A stretch of DNA of 64,000 bases from Mariniblastus sp. (lineage in GTDB: Bacteria > Planctomycetota > Planctomycetia > Pirellulales > Pirellulaceae), in assembly GCA_022447605.1 (NCBI GenBank), contig JAKVBG010000016.1:28376-92375 (forward strand), given 5' to 3'. The translations under genes were made by a program, and so were the position numbers. The notes under the pieces were generated by a model. It was not told the DNA's origin, did no database searches, and saw only the letters and a program-made list of their open reading frames with translations. Positions 1 to 9,193 of the stretch are shown here, piece by piece. The first letter of the stretch is position 1, and the number at the start of each line of letters is the position of its first letter.

Positions 1-727
1 GCTCGTCGGCAAGGTACTTATCGATATCGGGTCGTTTGGAGAGGGGGTGGATCTGGTGGGCAAACGACTCCAGTGCCAGTCGTTTCATCTGGGGGTCATC
101 GGACATCCCCACCTTTTTTTCCGTCCAGTTGACCAGTCCGGTTTGAATCAGGTACAGCCTCTCGAGCGTGGCGACTGCCTGTTTCGGAGATTGGTTCGAG
201 AATGCCTCCTCATCCGCAATCCGCTGTTTCAATTGTGATGAAAAATTGGATACAAAATAGAGATCGGCCCGGTCATGCATCAACGAGCGGGGGAAGCGGG
301 GATAAATCCCATGCGAATACTTCGATTTGTATTCGACTCCCTTGATGCCGAGGAAAACCAGCCCCAGTAGCATCGTTGCCAAAAGCCAGCTCCGCGCCGA
401 GCGAACCCGGTCCGACTTGGCTGCTTCGTAGGCGAACACAATGGTCATGCTGGAACAGATCAGCACAAATGTATTCAACGCTCCCAGCCACTCGACAACA
501 CCGACCTGAGCCGGGGTTGGCCATGTGCCGCCTGGCGCCCCAAACCTGAGGACAATGTAGGTTCCAATCAGGGCGGTAAAAAACATGATCTCGGTGGAAA
601 GGAACAGCCAGATTGCCACCTTGCCGGGTGACATCGGCAACGCCCGTTGATAGACCAGGGGCACGGCGTGGCCGTGCGAGCCATGATCGGGTTCCGGTTT
701 TGTTCGGGAGTTTGCCATCGTGTCCAT
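1..727 (-). CDS. ctaE: Cytochrome c oxidase subunit III (3' end runs off the window edge)
   Basis: Not in the ORF track because it has no stop in the window. Manual translation from ATG at 727 gives MDTMANSRTKPEPDHGSHGH...GKVAIWLFLSTEIMFFTALIGTY...WLGALNTFVLICSSMTIV...LGLVFLGIKGVEY, with the subunit III motifs WLFLxxE and NTxxLxxSS; directly follows the heme O synthase gene. Confidence 0.9.
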   Translation of the reverse strand, partial: MDTMANSRTKPEPDHGSHGHAVPLVYQRALPMSPGKVAIWLFLSTEIMFFTALIGTYIVLRFGAPGGTWPTPAQVGVVEWLGALNTFVLICSSMTIVFAYEAAKSDRVRSARSWLLATMLLGLVFLGIKGVEYKSKYSHGIYPRFPRSLMHDRADLYFVSNFSSQLKQRIADEEAFSNQSPKQAVATLERLYLIQTGLVNWTEKKVGMSDDPQMKRLALESFAHQIHPLSKRPDIDKYLADE

Positions 728-733
728 CTGCAA

Positions 734-1660
734 TCAGGAAAGGCTGGCGACGACCAGCGCCAACATGAACAGGGGAAGGTAGATGATTGACGTTTTGAGT
801 AAGCGTCGAGCCGTGTTCACCTCGCGGGCCTTGGCAAAGCGGATCGAGTCACGCATGTACAGGCCGCCGAGGAAGAGTGCGCCACAGGAGAAAAGGATGC
901 TTTGCAGGTCGGTTCGAAATGTCAGGGCGGGTAACAGGCTGATCCCGATCAGCAGGGCACAGGTAACCACCGCTTTGATTCCCGCCTCCCGGCCAGTTGG
1001 ATCAGTCACGGTCAGCATCTTGTGACCTCCCTGGCGATACTGTTCACGGTAAAGCCAGGCGATGGCCATGAAGTGCGGGAATTGCCAAAGCAAGAGCGTG
1101 GCAAAGAAAGCCCATCCCTGAAGATTGACCGTTCCGCTGACCGCCAGCGAACCCATGATGACTGGCATGGCCCCGGGGATGGCGCCGATTTCCGTATTGA
1201 GCACCGTTCGAGTCTTGAGCGGTGTGTAGACACAGACATAGAGAATCCAGGTCAGCAGGCCGCACAAGGCCGTTTGCCAGTTGACCGTTGCCAGGAAGAT
1301 GCCGGCTGATATCCCGAAACAGACCGACGCAAACATCACCACTTCACCGGACGAGAGCCGCTGATCCGGCAAGGGTCGCTTGGCGGTTCGGACCATCAGG
1401 AAATCCGTGTACCGCTCCAGATACATGTTCATTGCGTTGCCGCTGGCAGCCATGAATAGCAGGCCCAGGGCGGCCCAGGCCAGGGTCCCAATCGGGACAC
1501 CGGGTCCGGCAGCCAAAACGCCCGCCACACAAAACGTGAACAGGACCATGACCGTGATTCGGAGCTTGGTCAACTCGACGAAGGCGCGCAGCTTGCTCGA
1601 GAGGCCACTCGATTTCATCGGTTCGGTGTTCATGGCAGTCAGTTCGGTCATGGAATTCAA
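734..1660 (-). CDS. ctaB: Protoheme IX farnesyltransferase (heme O synthase)
   Basis: ELTKLRI, NMYLERYTDFLMVRTAKRPLP, YTPLKTRT, GAIPGAMP and WQFPHFMAIAW motifs of the CyoE/CtaB family; lies in the cox operon. Confidence 0.96.
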   Translation of the reverse strand: MNSMTELTAMNTEPMKSSGLSSKLRAFVELTKLRITVMVLFTFCVAGVLAAGPGVPIGTLAWAALGLLFMAASGNAMNMYLERYTDFLMVRTAKRPLPDQRLSSGEVVMFASVCFGISAGIFLATVNWQTALCGLLTWILYVCVYTPLKTRTVLNTEIGAIPGAMPVIMGSLAVSGTVNLQGWAFFATLLLWQFPHFMAIAWLYREQYRQGGHKMLTVTDPTGREAGIKAVVTCALLIGISLLPALTFRTDLQSILFSCGALFLGGLYMRDSIRFAKAREVNTARRLLKTSIIYLPLFMLALVVASLS

Positions 1661-1681
1661 TCTGATAGTCTAATTTGTTTG

Positions 1682-3469
1682 TCAGGCTGTGGGAGACGGT
1701 ATCTCCTGGGAATCGGGTGCTTCTGCCGATTCGACCTGGGGCCAATGATCGTCCTCCCGCCCGGGGTGACTGTACTCGTAGGGGCCACGATAGACGTAAG
1801 GCTGGAAATCAAAATTCCCGTGAGGAGGCGGGCTGGGGGCGGACCATTCCAGCGAGTTGGCATTCCATGGGTTGCGGCCAGCTTTTCGACCCCAGAACAG
1901 GCTGCCGAAAAAGTTCACCAGGAAGATCAACTGGGCGGCTCCCATCAGGAAGGCGCAGAGCGTTATGAATTGGTTCAAAGGGAGCAGGTCCTGGAATTCC
2001 TCAAAGCGGTACGGGTCGGCATACCGCCGCGGGAATCCGCGGGCACCCAGGAAGTGCATCGGAAAAAAAGTGCCGTTGAGGAAGATGAATGTCAGCACAA
2101 AATGGATCTTCCCCATGGTCTCGTTCATCATTCGGCCGAACATCTTGGGGTACCAGAAATAGATGGCGCCCATCACGCCGAGTACGCTGGCACCAAACAG
2201 AACGTAATGAAAGTGGGCCACGATGAAATAGGTGTCATGGATCTGGATGTCGACCGGCGGCGCTGCCATCACGATACCGGACAGTCCGCCAATGATGAAC
2301 ATCGAAACAAAGCCGATGCTGAACAGCATGGGCGTGGTCAGGTACAGTCGCCCGCCCCACAGGGTGCCCAGCCAATTGAATACCTTGATACCACTTGGCA
2401 GGGCAATCAACATGGTCGAAACCATGAACGAGATGGCCAGGATGCGGTTCATTCCGGAAACGAACATGTGGTGTCCCCAGACGACAAACCCGAGTCCGGC
2501 GATCGCCGTCAACGAGTAGACCATGGGCCGGTAGCCGAACAGCGGTTTCCTGGCAAAGCAGCTGAGCATGTCGGAGACCATGCCCATGGCTGGCAGGATC
2601 ATGATGTAGACGGCCGGGTGTGAATAGAACCAGAACAGATGTTGCCACAACAAGGGCTCGCCCCCACCACTGATGGAAGTCGTGTCGTTGACCAGGATTG
2701 CCTCGGGTGCAAAAAACCCGGTTGCCAGTATGCGGTCGGACAACTGCATGAACAGGGCGGCCGTCAAAACGGGCAGAGCAAAGGCCTGCAGAATGGCGGT
2801 AATGAACAGGGCCCAGACGGTCATGGGCATCCGGAACATTCGCATGCCGGGTGCCCGCATCTGCAGGATGGTGGTCATGTAATTGATCGACCCGATCATC
2901 GAGGAGATACCGACAAAGATCAGCCCCAGTATCCACAGGTTTTGCGCGTCACCCGTAATCAGGCTGAGCGTGGGGTAGGAGGTCCAGCCCGCCGTGGGGC
3001 CAAAACCGGGCATGAAAAAACTGCCAATCATGCAGGCGAATGCCGGCCACATGAACCAGTAGCTGAACATGTTCAGTCGCGGGAACGCCATGTCTTCGGC
3101 GCCGATCATCAGTGGAATCAGGTAGTTACCAAAAGCGCCACTCAGGATCGGGATGATCACGAAAAAAATCATGATCGTGGCGTGCATGGTGAATAGCATG
3201 TTGTAGAAGACCCCGGGGATCTGTCCCCCCTCCGAGGCAAACAGCGTCGGTCCGAAGATCGGCATGTCACTCCAGGGGAATGCCAGTTGCCAGCGAATTG
3301 CCAGGGCGAGCATTCCCCCGATGGCAAACCAGATGAGCGAGGAAAACAGGAATTGCAGACCAATGATCTTGTGATCTGTGGAAAAAACGTAGGACCCCAG
3401 GAACCTCAGGATCGGGTTACCTGATCGGCCCTTCGAAGCTGTTTCGAGTTGTGTTGACATATCTGACAT
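1682..3469 (-). CDS. ctaD: Cytochrome c oxidase subunit I, A2 type
   Basis: TDHK, HATIM, DMAFPRLN, FWFYSHPAVYI (YS motif), WGHHMF, HDTYFIVAHFHYV and PRRY motifs. Confidence 0.98.
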   Translation of the reverse strand: MSDMSTQLETASKGRSGNPILRFLGSYVFSTDHKIIGLQFLFSSLIWFAIGGMLALAIRWQLAFPWSDMPIFGPTLFASEGGQIPGVFYNMLFTMHATIMIFFVIIPILSGAFGNYLIPLMIGAEDMAFPRLNMFSYWFMWPAFACMIGSFFMPGFGPTAGWTSYPTLSLITGDAQNLWILGLIFVGISSMIGSINYMTTILQMRAPGMRMFRMPMTVWALFITAILQAFALPVLTAALFMQLSDRILATGFFAPEAILVNDTTSISGGGEPLLWQHLFWFYSHPAVYIMILPAMGMVSDMLSCFARKPLFGYRPMVYSLTAIAGLGFVVWGHHMFVSGMNRILAISFMVSTMLIALPSGIKVFNWLGTLWGGRLYLTTPMLFSIGFVSMFIIGGLSGIVMAAPPVDIQIHDTYFIVAHFHYVLFGASVLGVMGAIYFWYPKMFGRMMNETMGKIHFVLTFIFLNGTFFPMHFLGARGFPRRYADPYRFEEFQDLLPLNQFITLCAFLMGAAQLIFLVNFFGSLFWGRKAGRNPWNANSLEWSAPSPPPHGNFDFQPYVYRGPYEYSHPGREDDHWPQVESAEAPDSQEIPSPTA

Positions 3470-3499
3470 GGATAAAACGAATCACTCTGCCGATTCCGG

Positions 3500-4333
3500 T
3501 TACTCCGGTTTGGCCTGATCGGTGCCTGTCTCCTCTTGTTCTGGGTTCATGGGCGGCGTCTGTCGCTGGCGGCGCTCGGCCAACCAAGCCTGGTAGTCAG
3601 TCGGTGTCACCAGGCGGAGTCGCCCTTGCATCGTGTAATGTCCCCAACCGCACAATTCAGTGCAGGCGATCTCCATTTCCGCAGTGGACGTTGCCCGAAA
3701 CCACATGAACTGCTTCATGCCGGGAACGATGTCCTGTTTGACTCGCAGTTGCGGTACGAAAAAACTGTGAATTACATCGCGCGTTTCCAATTGCAGTACG
3801 ATATCGGTATCGATCGGAAGGACGAGTTCATTCTCGATGTAATCGTCGTCCGCGGTTTCAATCAGGCCGTCGGGTCCGGCGTAATGGAACTCCCAGCCGA
3901 AACGCTTGGCCATGACCAAGACCATTGGGGGTTTGGTCACGGCCTGGCCATTTTGCATGATCGTGGGTCGGATCATCTTGGTCTCTGCCCAGGCGTTCAT
4001 CTGGTAAAAGGCAATAAACACAAGGATGATGGCCGGGATGATGGTCCAGACCATCTCCAGCTTGAAGTTGTGTGAAAAATAGTGGGCCCGCTGCTGGCGG
4101 CGATGGTCGTATCTCCATAGGACCCAGCCGATCACGATCCCCGTACCGATGAAAATCAGGGCCGAGATCCAGCATAGCAGGTAGAAAAGATGGTCGATCG
4201 TTTTACCCGCAACGCTGTAATTCTCCGGCAGCCAGGCTCCCTGGAAGGGCGCCATCCCCCAGGCGGCCATCAGGAAGGTCCCGGTACCCAGCAGGGGGAC
4301 GAGGAAAAACAGGATGCTCCAGAATCGATTCAC
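3500..4333 (-). CDS. ctaC: Cytochrome c oxidase subunit II (CuA)
   Basis: Two TM helices, EMVWTIIP, DVIHSFFVP and CuA loop CTELCGWGHYTM; no fused cytochrome c domain. Confidence 0.97.
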   Translation of the reverse strand: MNRFWSILFFLVPLLGTGTFLMAAWGMAPFQGAWLPENYSVAGKTIDHLFYLLCWISALIFIGTGIVIGWVLWRYDHRRQQRAHYFSHNFKLEMVWTIIPAIILVFIAFYQMNAWAETKMIRPTIMQNGQAVTKPPMVLVMAKRFGWEFHYAGPDGLIETADDDYIENELVLPIDTDIVLQLETRDVIHSFFVPQLRVKQDIVPGMKQFMWFRATSTAEMEIACTELCGWGHYTMQGRLRLVTPTDYQAWLAERRQRQTPPMNPEQEETGTDQAKPE

Positions 4334-4345
4334 CAGGGAATTACC

Positions 4346-5653
4346 TTAATCTACGACACGTTCATTGACTGGAAGTTCGTCGCGAGGCAGACCTTCGTTC
4401 TCGTAAGGCAGCGACTTGACGTAGCATACGAGTGCCCATATTTCTTCATTGGATAGCGTGGGAGACGAAGGCATCGGTGTCCCCTCAATTCCATTGGCGA
4501 TGCGTCGATAAACATCTGAGGGGAGGTTGCCACCTCGAAAGACGGGTATTCTCAGATTCCTGGGGATAATGGGTCGGGGGTACAGCGCACCTGCCTGGAG
4601 GAAGTCGTTGTACGACGCCGGATCGTCATAGCTGACACCTGCCGTCTTGAGCCAGTCATTGGTCCAGTCATCAAAATTGGTTGTCTGCCCGTCACCCAAC
4701 CCGGTTTCCCCGTGGCATTGAACACAGTTGGCCTTGCCGTAGAACAGCGATTTTCCCTGCAGGATCAGGTTGGAATGAGCGGGATGGTCAAGACGGAATG
4801 CGGCCGGTGCCATCTCGACGCTACTGATTTCGTCTTCCGGTTCGACCCAGCGCGAGAGTATGTCTTCACCCAGGTATTCGCCCACGACCATGTACATTTG
4901 AGCCTGGAATTCTTCCAGATTCTCCGCCTGGGTTTCCTCGTCGACTTGCTGGCCCTGGGGATCGTTCTCTTGCAGTAAATCGAAGTTCATGAACGGTTCG
5001 CCGTCGAGGTTGCCAAGTTCTGCAATCAAACGTCGTTCGTGTTGGCCTCGGATCGTCAAGTACTTGACGTAATCGACCAACGCGTCGACCTCCTCGTCGG
5101 TAAGCGTGCGAAACGATGGCATGGCGGTGCCGGGGATGCCGTTCCTGATGATCCGGTCCAGATCTTCGTCTGTTGGCATTCGCCGAAGGGGTGTCGATTT
5201 GAACTTGAATTTGCCCAATCGAAAATCACGTGGGTAGGGGGAGAGTGAGGGGGCGGTGCCACCGAAACCATCTCCGGTAATTCCGTGGCAGTGGGAACAG
5301 AGTTCCCGGTAGAGCCCTGCCGTGCGGCCAAGTTTGTCGGTCCTGACGGGACCGGCTGCCCGCTCCAGGTTCTCCAGTGAGAGGACCTCGTGGCCCGGGT
5401 CTTCCGCACCTAGGGGAAAGGGGAAACGGGGTTGGTCAGGTGTACCATACAGGGCGGTCAGGACGTTGCCGATCTCCTGCTGGTAATCAGCCGGGTACGT
5501 CTCTCCCTCCGAGAGATCGGTCTTTTCCTGTTTCAATAGCGCAACTCGATTGAAACGAAACTGCGGTTCTGGTGAAGAATGGCAGCCGGCAAGGATGGCT
5601 GGAATCAAAATGACGGCCAGCAAGCGGGATGTTTGCAGCAATACGTGTCGCAA
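4346..5653 (-). CDS. Di-heme c-type cytochrome lipoprotein
   Basis: Lipobox LAGC; CSHCH and CVQCH, each followed by a distal Met motif (PGTAMPSF, EGTPMPS); TTG start. Confidence 0.9.
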   Translation of the reverse strand: MRHVLLQTSRLLAVILIPAILAGCHSSPEPQFRFNRVALLKQEKTDLSEGETYPADYQQEIGNVLTALYGTPDQPRFPFPLGAEDPGHEVLSLENLERAAGPVRTDKLGRTAGLYRELCSHCHGITGDGFGGTAPSLSPYPRDFRLGKFKFKSTPLRRMPTDEDLDRIIRNGIPGTAMPSFRTLTDEEVDALVDYVKYLTIRGQHERRLIAELGNLDGEPFMNFDLLQENDPQGQQVDEETQAENLEEFQAQMYMVVGEYLGEDILSRWVEPEDEISSVEMAPAAFRLDHPAHSNLILQGKSLFYGKANCVQCHGETGLGDGQTTNFDDWTNDWLKTAGVSYDDPASYNDFLQAGALYPRPIIPRNLRIPVFRGGNLPSDVYRRIANGIEGTPMPSSPTLSNEEIWALVCYVKSLPYENEGLPRDELPVNERVVD

Positions 5654-5818
5654 GGTTTTCGTTCCCGAGTTTAAATCGGATGGCAGTCTCTATTTTCGCC
5701 GATAGATCCACCGATTGTCGACCGGACAAATTGTCGCATTTTCCGATTAGTTACCCGCAAATCGGGGCTGCTGACAACGATGGAATCGGGCGTCGGCCGT
5801 GTTTTGGTTGAGGCTGGC

Positions 5819-6631
5819 TCATTCCTTGAACGCCTGGCCGGGCAGGATGATTTCCCCTAAATCGACCGTTGATCCGGCGGAAATCGGAGTCGTGATCTCA
5901 CCTTGAGGGCTGACCTTGAAACCGGCTACCCGCATTTCATCAAGGTATCCTGTTTTACTGTGCCAAAACATGAACTTCCACGTCCCGGGTGGAATATTGC
6001 GAATCTCGAACCGTCCGTCGGCCTGCGAGATCACGTTATAAGGATGCTCCTTGATAAGAATCAGGCCGTCGATCCACGGGTGGATTCCACAACGGACTTT
6101 CACCGGTGTCCGGTCCGATTGCTGAAATTGGAGTGAATATTCACTGGACCGGGCAATCAGCAGGTTGTCGTGATTATGAAGCCCATCAATTTGACAGTGA
6201 TGCCCCACCTCGTCCCGGTTCTTCACCATGAGTTCCTGGCCGGTCAGCAGGACAACGGCATGGGGTCGGAGTCGGCAGTTACTGAATTCCAGGGTGACCG
6301 CTTGATCCTGTCGTGAACGGTACACTGGGTGAATCGGCAACTCGGCTTCCGAATCATCCTGGACCAGCATCACGAAAACGTCGGCCAGGCCTCCTGCCGG
6401 ATCGATCAGCAGGTTGTCATCGGTGATTCCCGCTTTGCCCTCGGTGCAGATTGCCAGGTCGGAGGGGATGCGTTCCTCTTCCGTCGAGGGGAGTTCTCCG
6501 CTGACGATGATCTGACCGCGCAGATGCCCCCAGCCCACGACATCCAGAGGCGTTTGCGCCGCAACCGTCAAGTGTGCAGAAAGCCAAGTCACCCCCAGGA
6601 GACCGATCATCAGCTTCACCATGTGTCGCAT
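5819..6631 (-). CDS. Exported cupredoxin-like / carboxypeptidase-regulatory-like protein (paralogue 2)
   Basis: Signal peptide; GHHC and CGIHPWI motifs; clearly similar to 6879-7670; likely ATG at 6631, 2 nt after the stop of the small lipoprotein. Confidence 0.75.
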   Translation of the reverse strand: MRHMVKLMIGLLGVTWLSAHLTVAAQTPLDVVGWGHLRGQIIVSGELPSTEEERIPSDLAICTEGKAGITDDNLLIDPAGGLADVFVMLVQDDSEAELPIHPVYRSRQDQAVTLEFSNCRLRPHAVVLLTGQELMVKNRDEVGHHCQIDGLHNHDNLLIARSSEYSLQFQQSDRTPVKVRCGIHPWIDGLILIKEHPYNVISQADGRFEIRNIPPGTWKFMFWHSKTGYLDEMRVAGFKVSPQGEITTPISAGSTVDLGEIILPGQAFKE

Positions 6632-6633
6632 CA

Positions 6634-6789
6634 CTATTCCCACTCAAAGTCGTCGATTTGGGTCCGGATGTCATCGACCCGCTGCGGGTCAAACTCGAGG
6701 GCCGGGGCGGCCGGGCCCGGGTTGCAGCCAGCCGATGACAGGACCAGCGCTGCGGTCGCCAGAATCAGTGAAAAATAGAATGTGCGCAT
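6634..6789 (-). CDS. Small (51 aa) putative lipoprotein, below the ORF-track cutoff
   Basis: MRTFYFSLILATAALVLSSAGCNPGPAAPALEFDPQRVDDIRTQIDDFEWE*: basic N-terminus, hydrophobic core, SAGC; fills the gap between two co-directional genes. Confidence 0.7.
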   Translation of the reverse strand: MRTFYFSLILATAALVLSSAGCNPGPAAPALEFDPQRVDDIRTQIDDFEWE

Positions 6790-6878
6790 CGGTCGGTCCG
6801 TACTGGCTGTCAGCGCTGGCGGGTTCGGGAAATCTGGTCAGTTACCATGCCCCCGGTTTCCCAGGGCCCTGGACAGTT

Positions 6879-7670
6879 CTATTTTTTCTTGATGGAGGAT
6901 GCAGGCAAGGTCAGTTTTCCTAAATCGAGCGTCTCTCCATCCTTGATGGTCACCTCGATGTCGGCCTTGATCTTGCCAACCTTGTAGTCCGGCACGTCCA
7001 GTTTTTTCATGAAACCGGTTTTCTTGTGCCAGAACTGAAACTTCCATGTACCGGCCGGAATGTTCTTGATTTCAAACGTGCCATCGGACCCGGTGATCGC
7101 CGCGTACGGTTCATCACGCACCAGGATCACGGCGTCCATCCAGCTGTGGATGTCGCAGACCACGTTGCCGGGGGTCTTGTCGGCATCGGAAAACGTGATT
7201 TTGACCGTGTCCTGCTTGGCCAAGTTGACATTTTCCTCGTTGTTGAAGGTGATGATATGGCAGTTGTGGCCGACGTCGTCACTGTTGCGCAGCTCCAGGG
7301 GCTGGCCGGTCTGCAGGAAGATGGCATGCGGGACAAACCGGCAGTCCTTGTTGTCCAAAACGACCGGCGTTTTCTTCGCCTCTTCGTAAGAGGGGTGGAC
7401 CGCCGGTTCCGGGTCGCTGCTCTTGCGGTACATCATGATAAAGGCGTCCTTCAGTTCACCCCCTGGCCCGACCAGCAGGTTATCGTCATCCGGGGCTGGC
7501 TTGTCCGAAAGGCAGGAAGCTTGGTCCTTGTCAATTTTCTCCTTGGAAATCTCGGGAAGTGTCCCATCGACAACGATTTTTCCCTTGAGCGAACCCCAGC
7601 CATCATCACTGACCAGGGGCATCGAAATAAAACCGAGGATTATTACGGCAAACAAGAAGGACTTTTGCAT
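6879..7670 (-). CDS. Exported cupredoxin-like / carboxypeptidase-regulatory-like protein (paralogue 1)
   Basis: Signal peptide; GHNCH and CDIHSWM (C-x2-H-x2-M); C-terminal DGTFEIKNIPAGTWK beta-sandwich. Confidence 0.8.
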   Translation of the reverse strand: MQKSFLFAVIILGFISMPLVSDDGWGSLKGKIVVDGTLPEISKEKIDKDQASCLSDKPAPDDDNLLVGPGGELKDAFIMMYRKSSDPEPAVHPSYEEAKKTPVVLDNKDCRFVPHAIFLQTGQPLELRNSDDVGHNCHIITFNNEENVNLAKQDTVKITFSDADKTPGNVVCDIHSWMDAVILVRDEPYAAITGSDGTFEIKNIPAGTWKFQFWHKKTGFMKKLDVPDYKVGKIKADIEVTIKDGETLDLGKLTLPASSIKKK

Positions 7671-7861
7671 GTTCTTTCCATTGAAATAATTGAGGGGTGG
7701 TCTGGTTGGAGGCTATTGTAGTCGGATTTCATCTGTTTTTCACGCCTTCAATTCTTCCAACGTCTTTAGGATTTTTCAACAGCCGGTAGAATCAGCCGGG
7801 TGTTTTTCGCTGGTTCAGCCGATCGTCGACAACGAATCCTCCAGATACGACAGTTTCACAA

Positions 7862-9160
7862 ATGAATGTACTCATCATTGGCAGTGGTGGTCGAGAGCAT
7901 GCATTGGCCTGGAAAATTGGTCAAAGCAGCCGTGTCGACCGGGTTTTCGTGGCACCAGGCAACGCGGGCACCGAGCTGGACGCGGAAAATGTCGACATCG
8001 CGGCTACCGACACGGCCGCACTGATTGCGTTTGCCAAGCAGAACCAGGTCGAGATCACCGTGGTCGGCCCCGAGGCACCGCTCTGTGATGGCCTGGTCGA
8101 CGATTTTTCCGAGGCTGGCTTGAGGGCCTTTGGGCCAAGCCGACGCGCAGCCCAGCTGGAGGGTAGCAAGGTGTTCTGCAAGAACATGTTGCGCGCCGCG
8201 GATGTGCCGACCGCCGATTTCCATACATTTGAAGATGCGGCTCATGCCGAACGTTTCATCAATGAGCGTTACGGTGAGACACCGGATGATGTCCCCCTGG
8301 TGGTCAAGGCGGACGGTTTGGCGGCCGGCAAGGGCGCCATCGTCTGTGGGACCCAGCAGGAAGCCCTGGAAGCGATCGAAAAAATTGCCCGCAGTCGTGA
8401 ATTTGGCGCCGCCGGTGATCGTTTCATTATCGAGGACCGTATGTCGGGCCAGGAGGCCAGTATCCTGGCGATTACCGATGGCCAGACGATCTTGACCCTG
8501 CCCCCGGCCCAGGATCATAAGCGGGCCGGTGACGGTGACACGGGGCTCAACACGGGGGGCATGGGCGCTTACTGTCCCACGCCTGCCATCGACGAGGCCA
8601 TGCTCGCCTGGGTGGAGGAGAGTGTCCTGGTGCCGACGGTGCACGCCATGAAGCGTTCGCGAAACCCGTTTCGCGGGATCCTGTATGCCGGCTTGATGCT
8701 CACGCCGCAGGGACCAAAGGTACTCGAATACAACGTGCGGTTTGGTGATCCCGAGTGTCAGCCGATGTTGATGCGGATGCAGACCGATTTTATCGATGTG
8801 ATCGAGGCCACGCTGGATGGCCGCCTGGCAGAAATCGAACCTCTCCAGTGGGATCCCCGTCCCAGTATCTGTGTGGTGATGGCCTCCCAGGGCTATCCGG
8901 GTTCGTATGACAAGGGGCATGCGATACGGGGCTTGGAGGAGGCCGCCGGTATCGAGGATGTGAAAGTTTTCCACGCCGGTACCAAGATGGCTGACCAACA
9001 GGTCGTGACCAACGGGGGACGGGTGCTGGGTGTCACCGCCCTCGGTGAGAGTGTGGCGAAAGCCAAGTTACAGGCTTACCGGGCGGTCCAGTGTATTCGC
9101 TGGGATGGTGCCTGGTGTCGCAAGGATATTGCCGACCGGGCGATTGCCCAGAATATCTAG
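7862..9160 (+). CDS. purD: Phosphoribosylamine--glycine ligase
   Basis: MNVLIIGSGGREHAL, VVGPEAPL, LEGSKVF, VKADGLAAGKG, QDHKR, NTGGMGAY, EYNVRFGDPE, TNGGRVL. Confidence 0.99.
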   Translation: MNVLIIGSGGREHALAWKIGQSSRVDRVFVAPGNAGTELDAENVDIAATDTAALIAFAKQNQVEITVVGPEAPLCDGLVDDFSEAGLRAFGPSRRAAQLEGSKVFCKNMLRAADVPTADFHTFEDAAHAERFINERYGETPDDVPLVVKADGLAAGKGAIVCGTQQEALEAIEKIARSREFGAAGDRFIIEDRMSGQEASILAITDGQTILTLPPAQDHKRAGDGDTGLNTGGMGAYCPTPAIDEAMLAWVEESVLVPTVHAMKRSRNPFRGILYAGLMLTPQGPKVLEYNVRFGDPECQPMLMRMQTDFIDVIEATLDGRLAEIEPLQWDPRPSICVVMASQGYPGSYDKGHAIRGLEEAAGIEDVKVFHAGTKMADQQVVTNGGRVLGVTALGESVAKAKLQAYRAVQCIRWDGAWCRKDIADRAIAQNI

Positions 9161-9193
9161 ACGATCGTGGGAAACTTGGTGGGCCCAGGCGTG

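Noticed and set aside
5725-5735. GACAA-A-TTGTC palindrome upstream of the di-heme cytochrome gene
   Set aside because: Only 5-bp arms, expected by chance in 64 kb; no recognisable FNR or RegA consensus.
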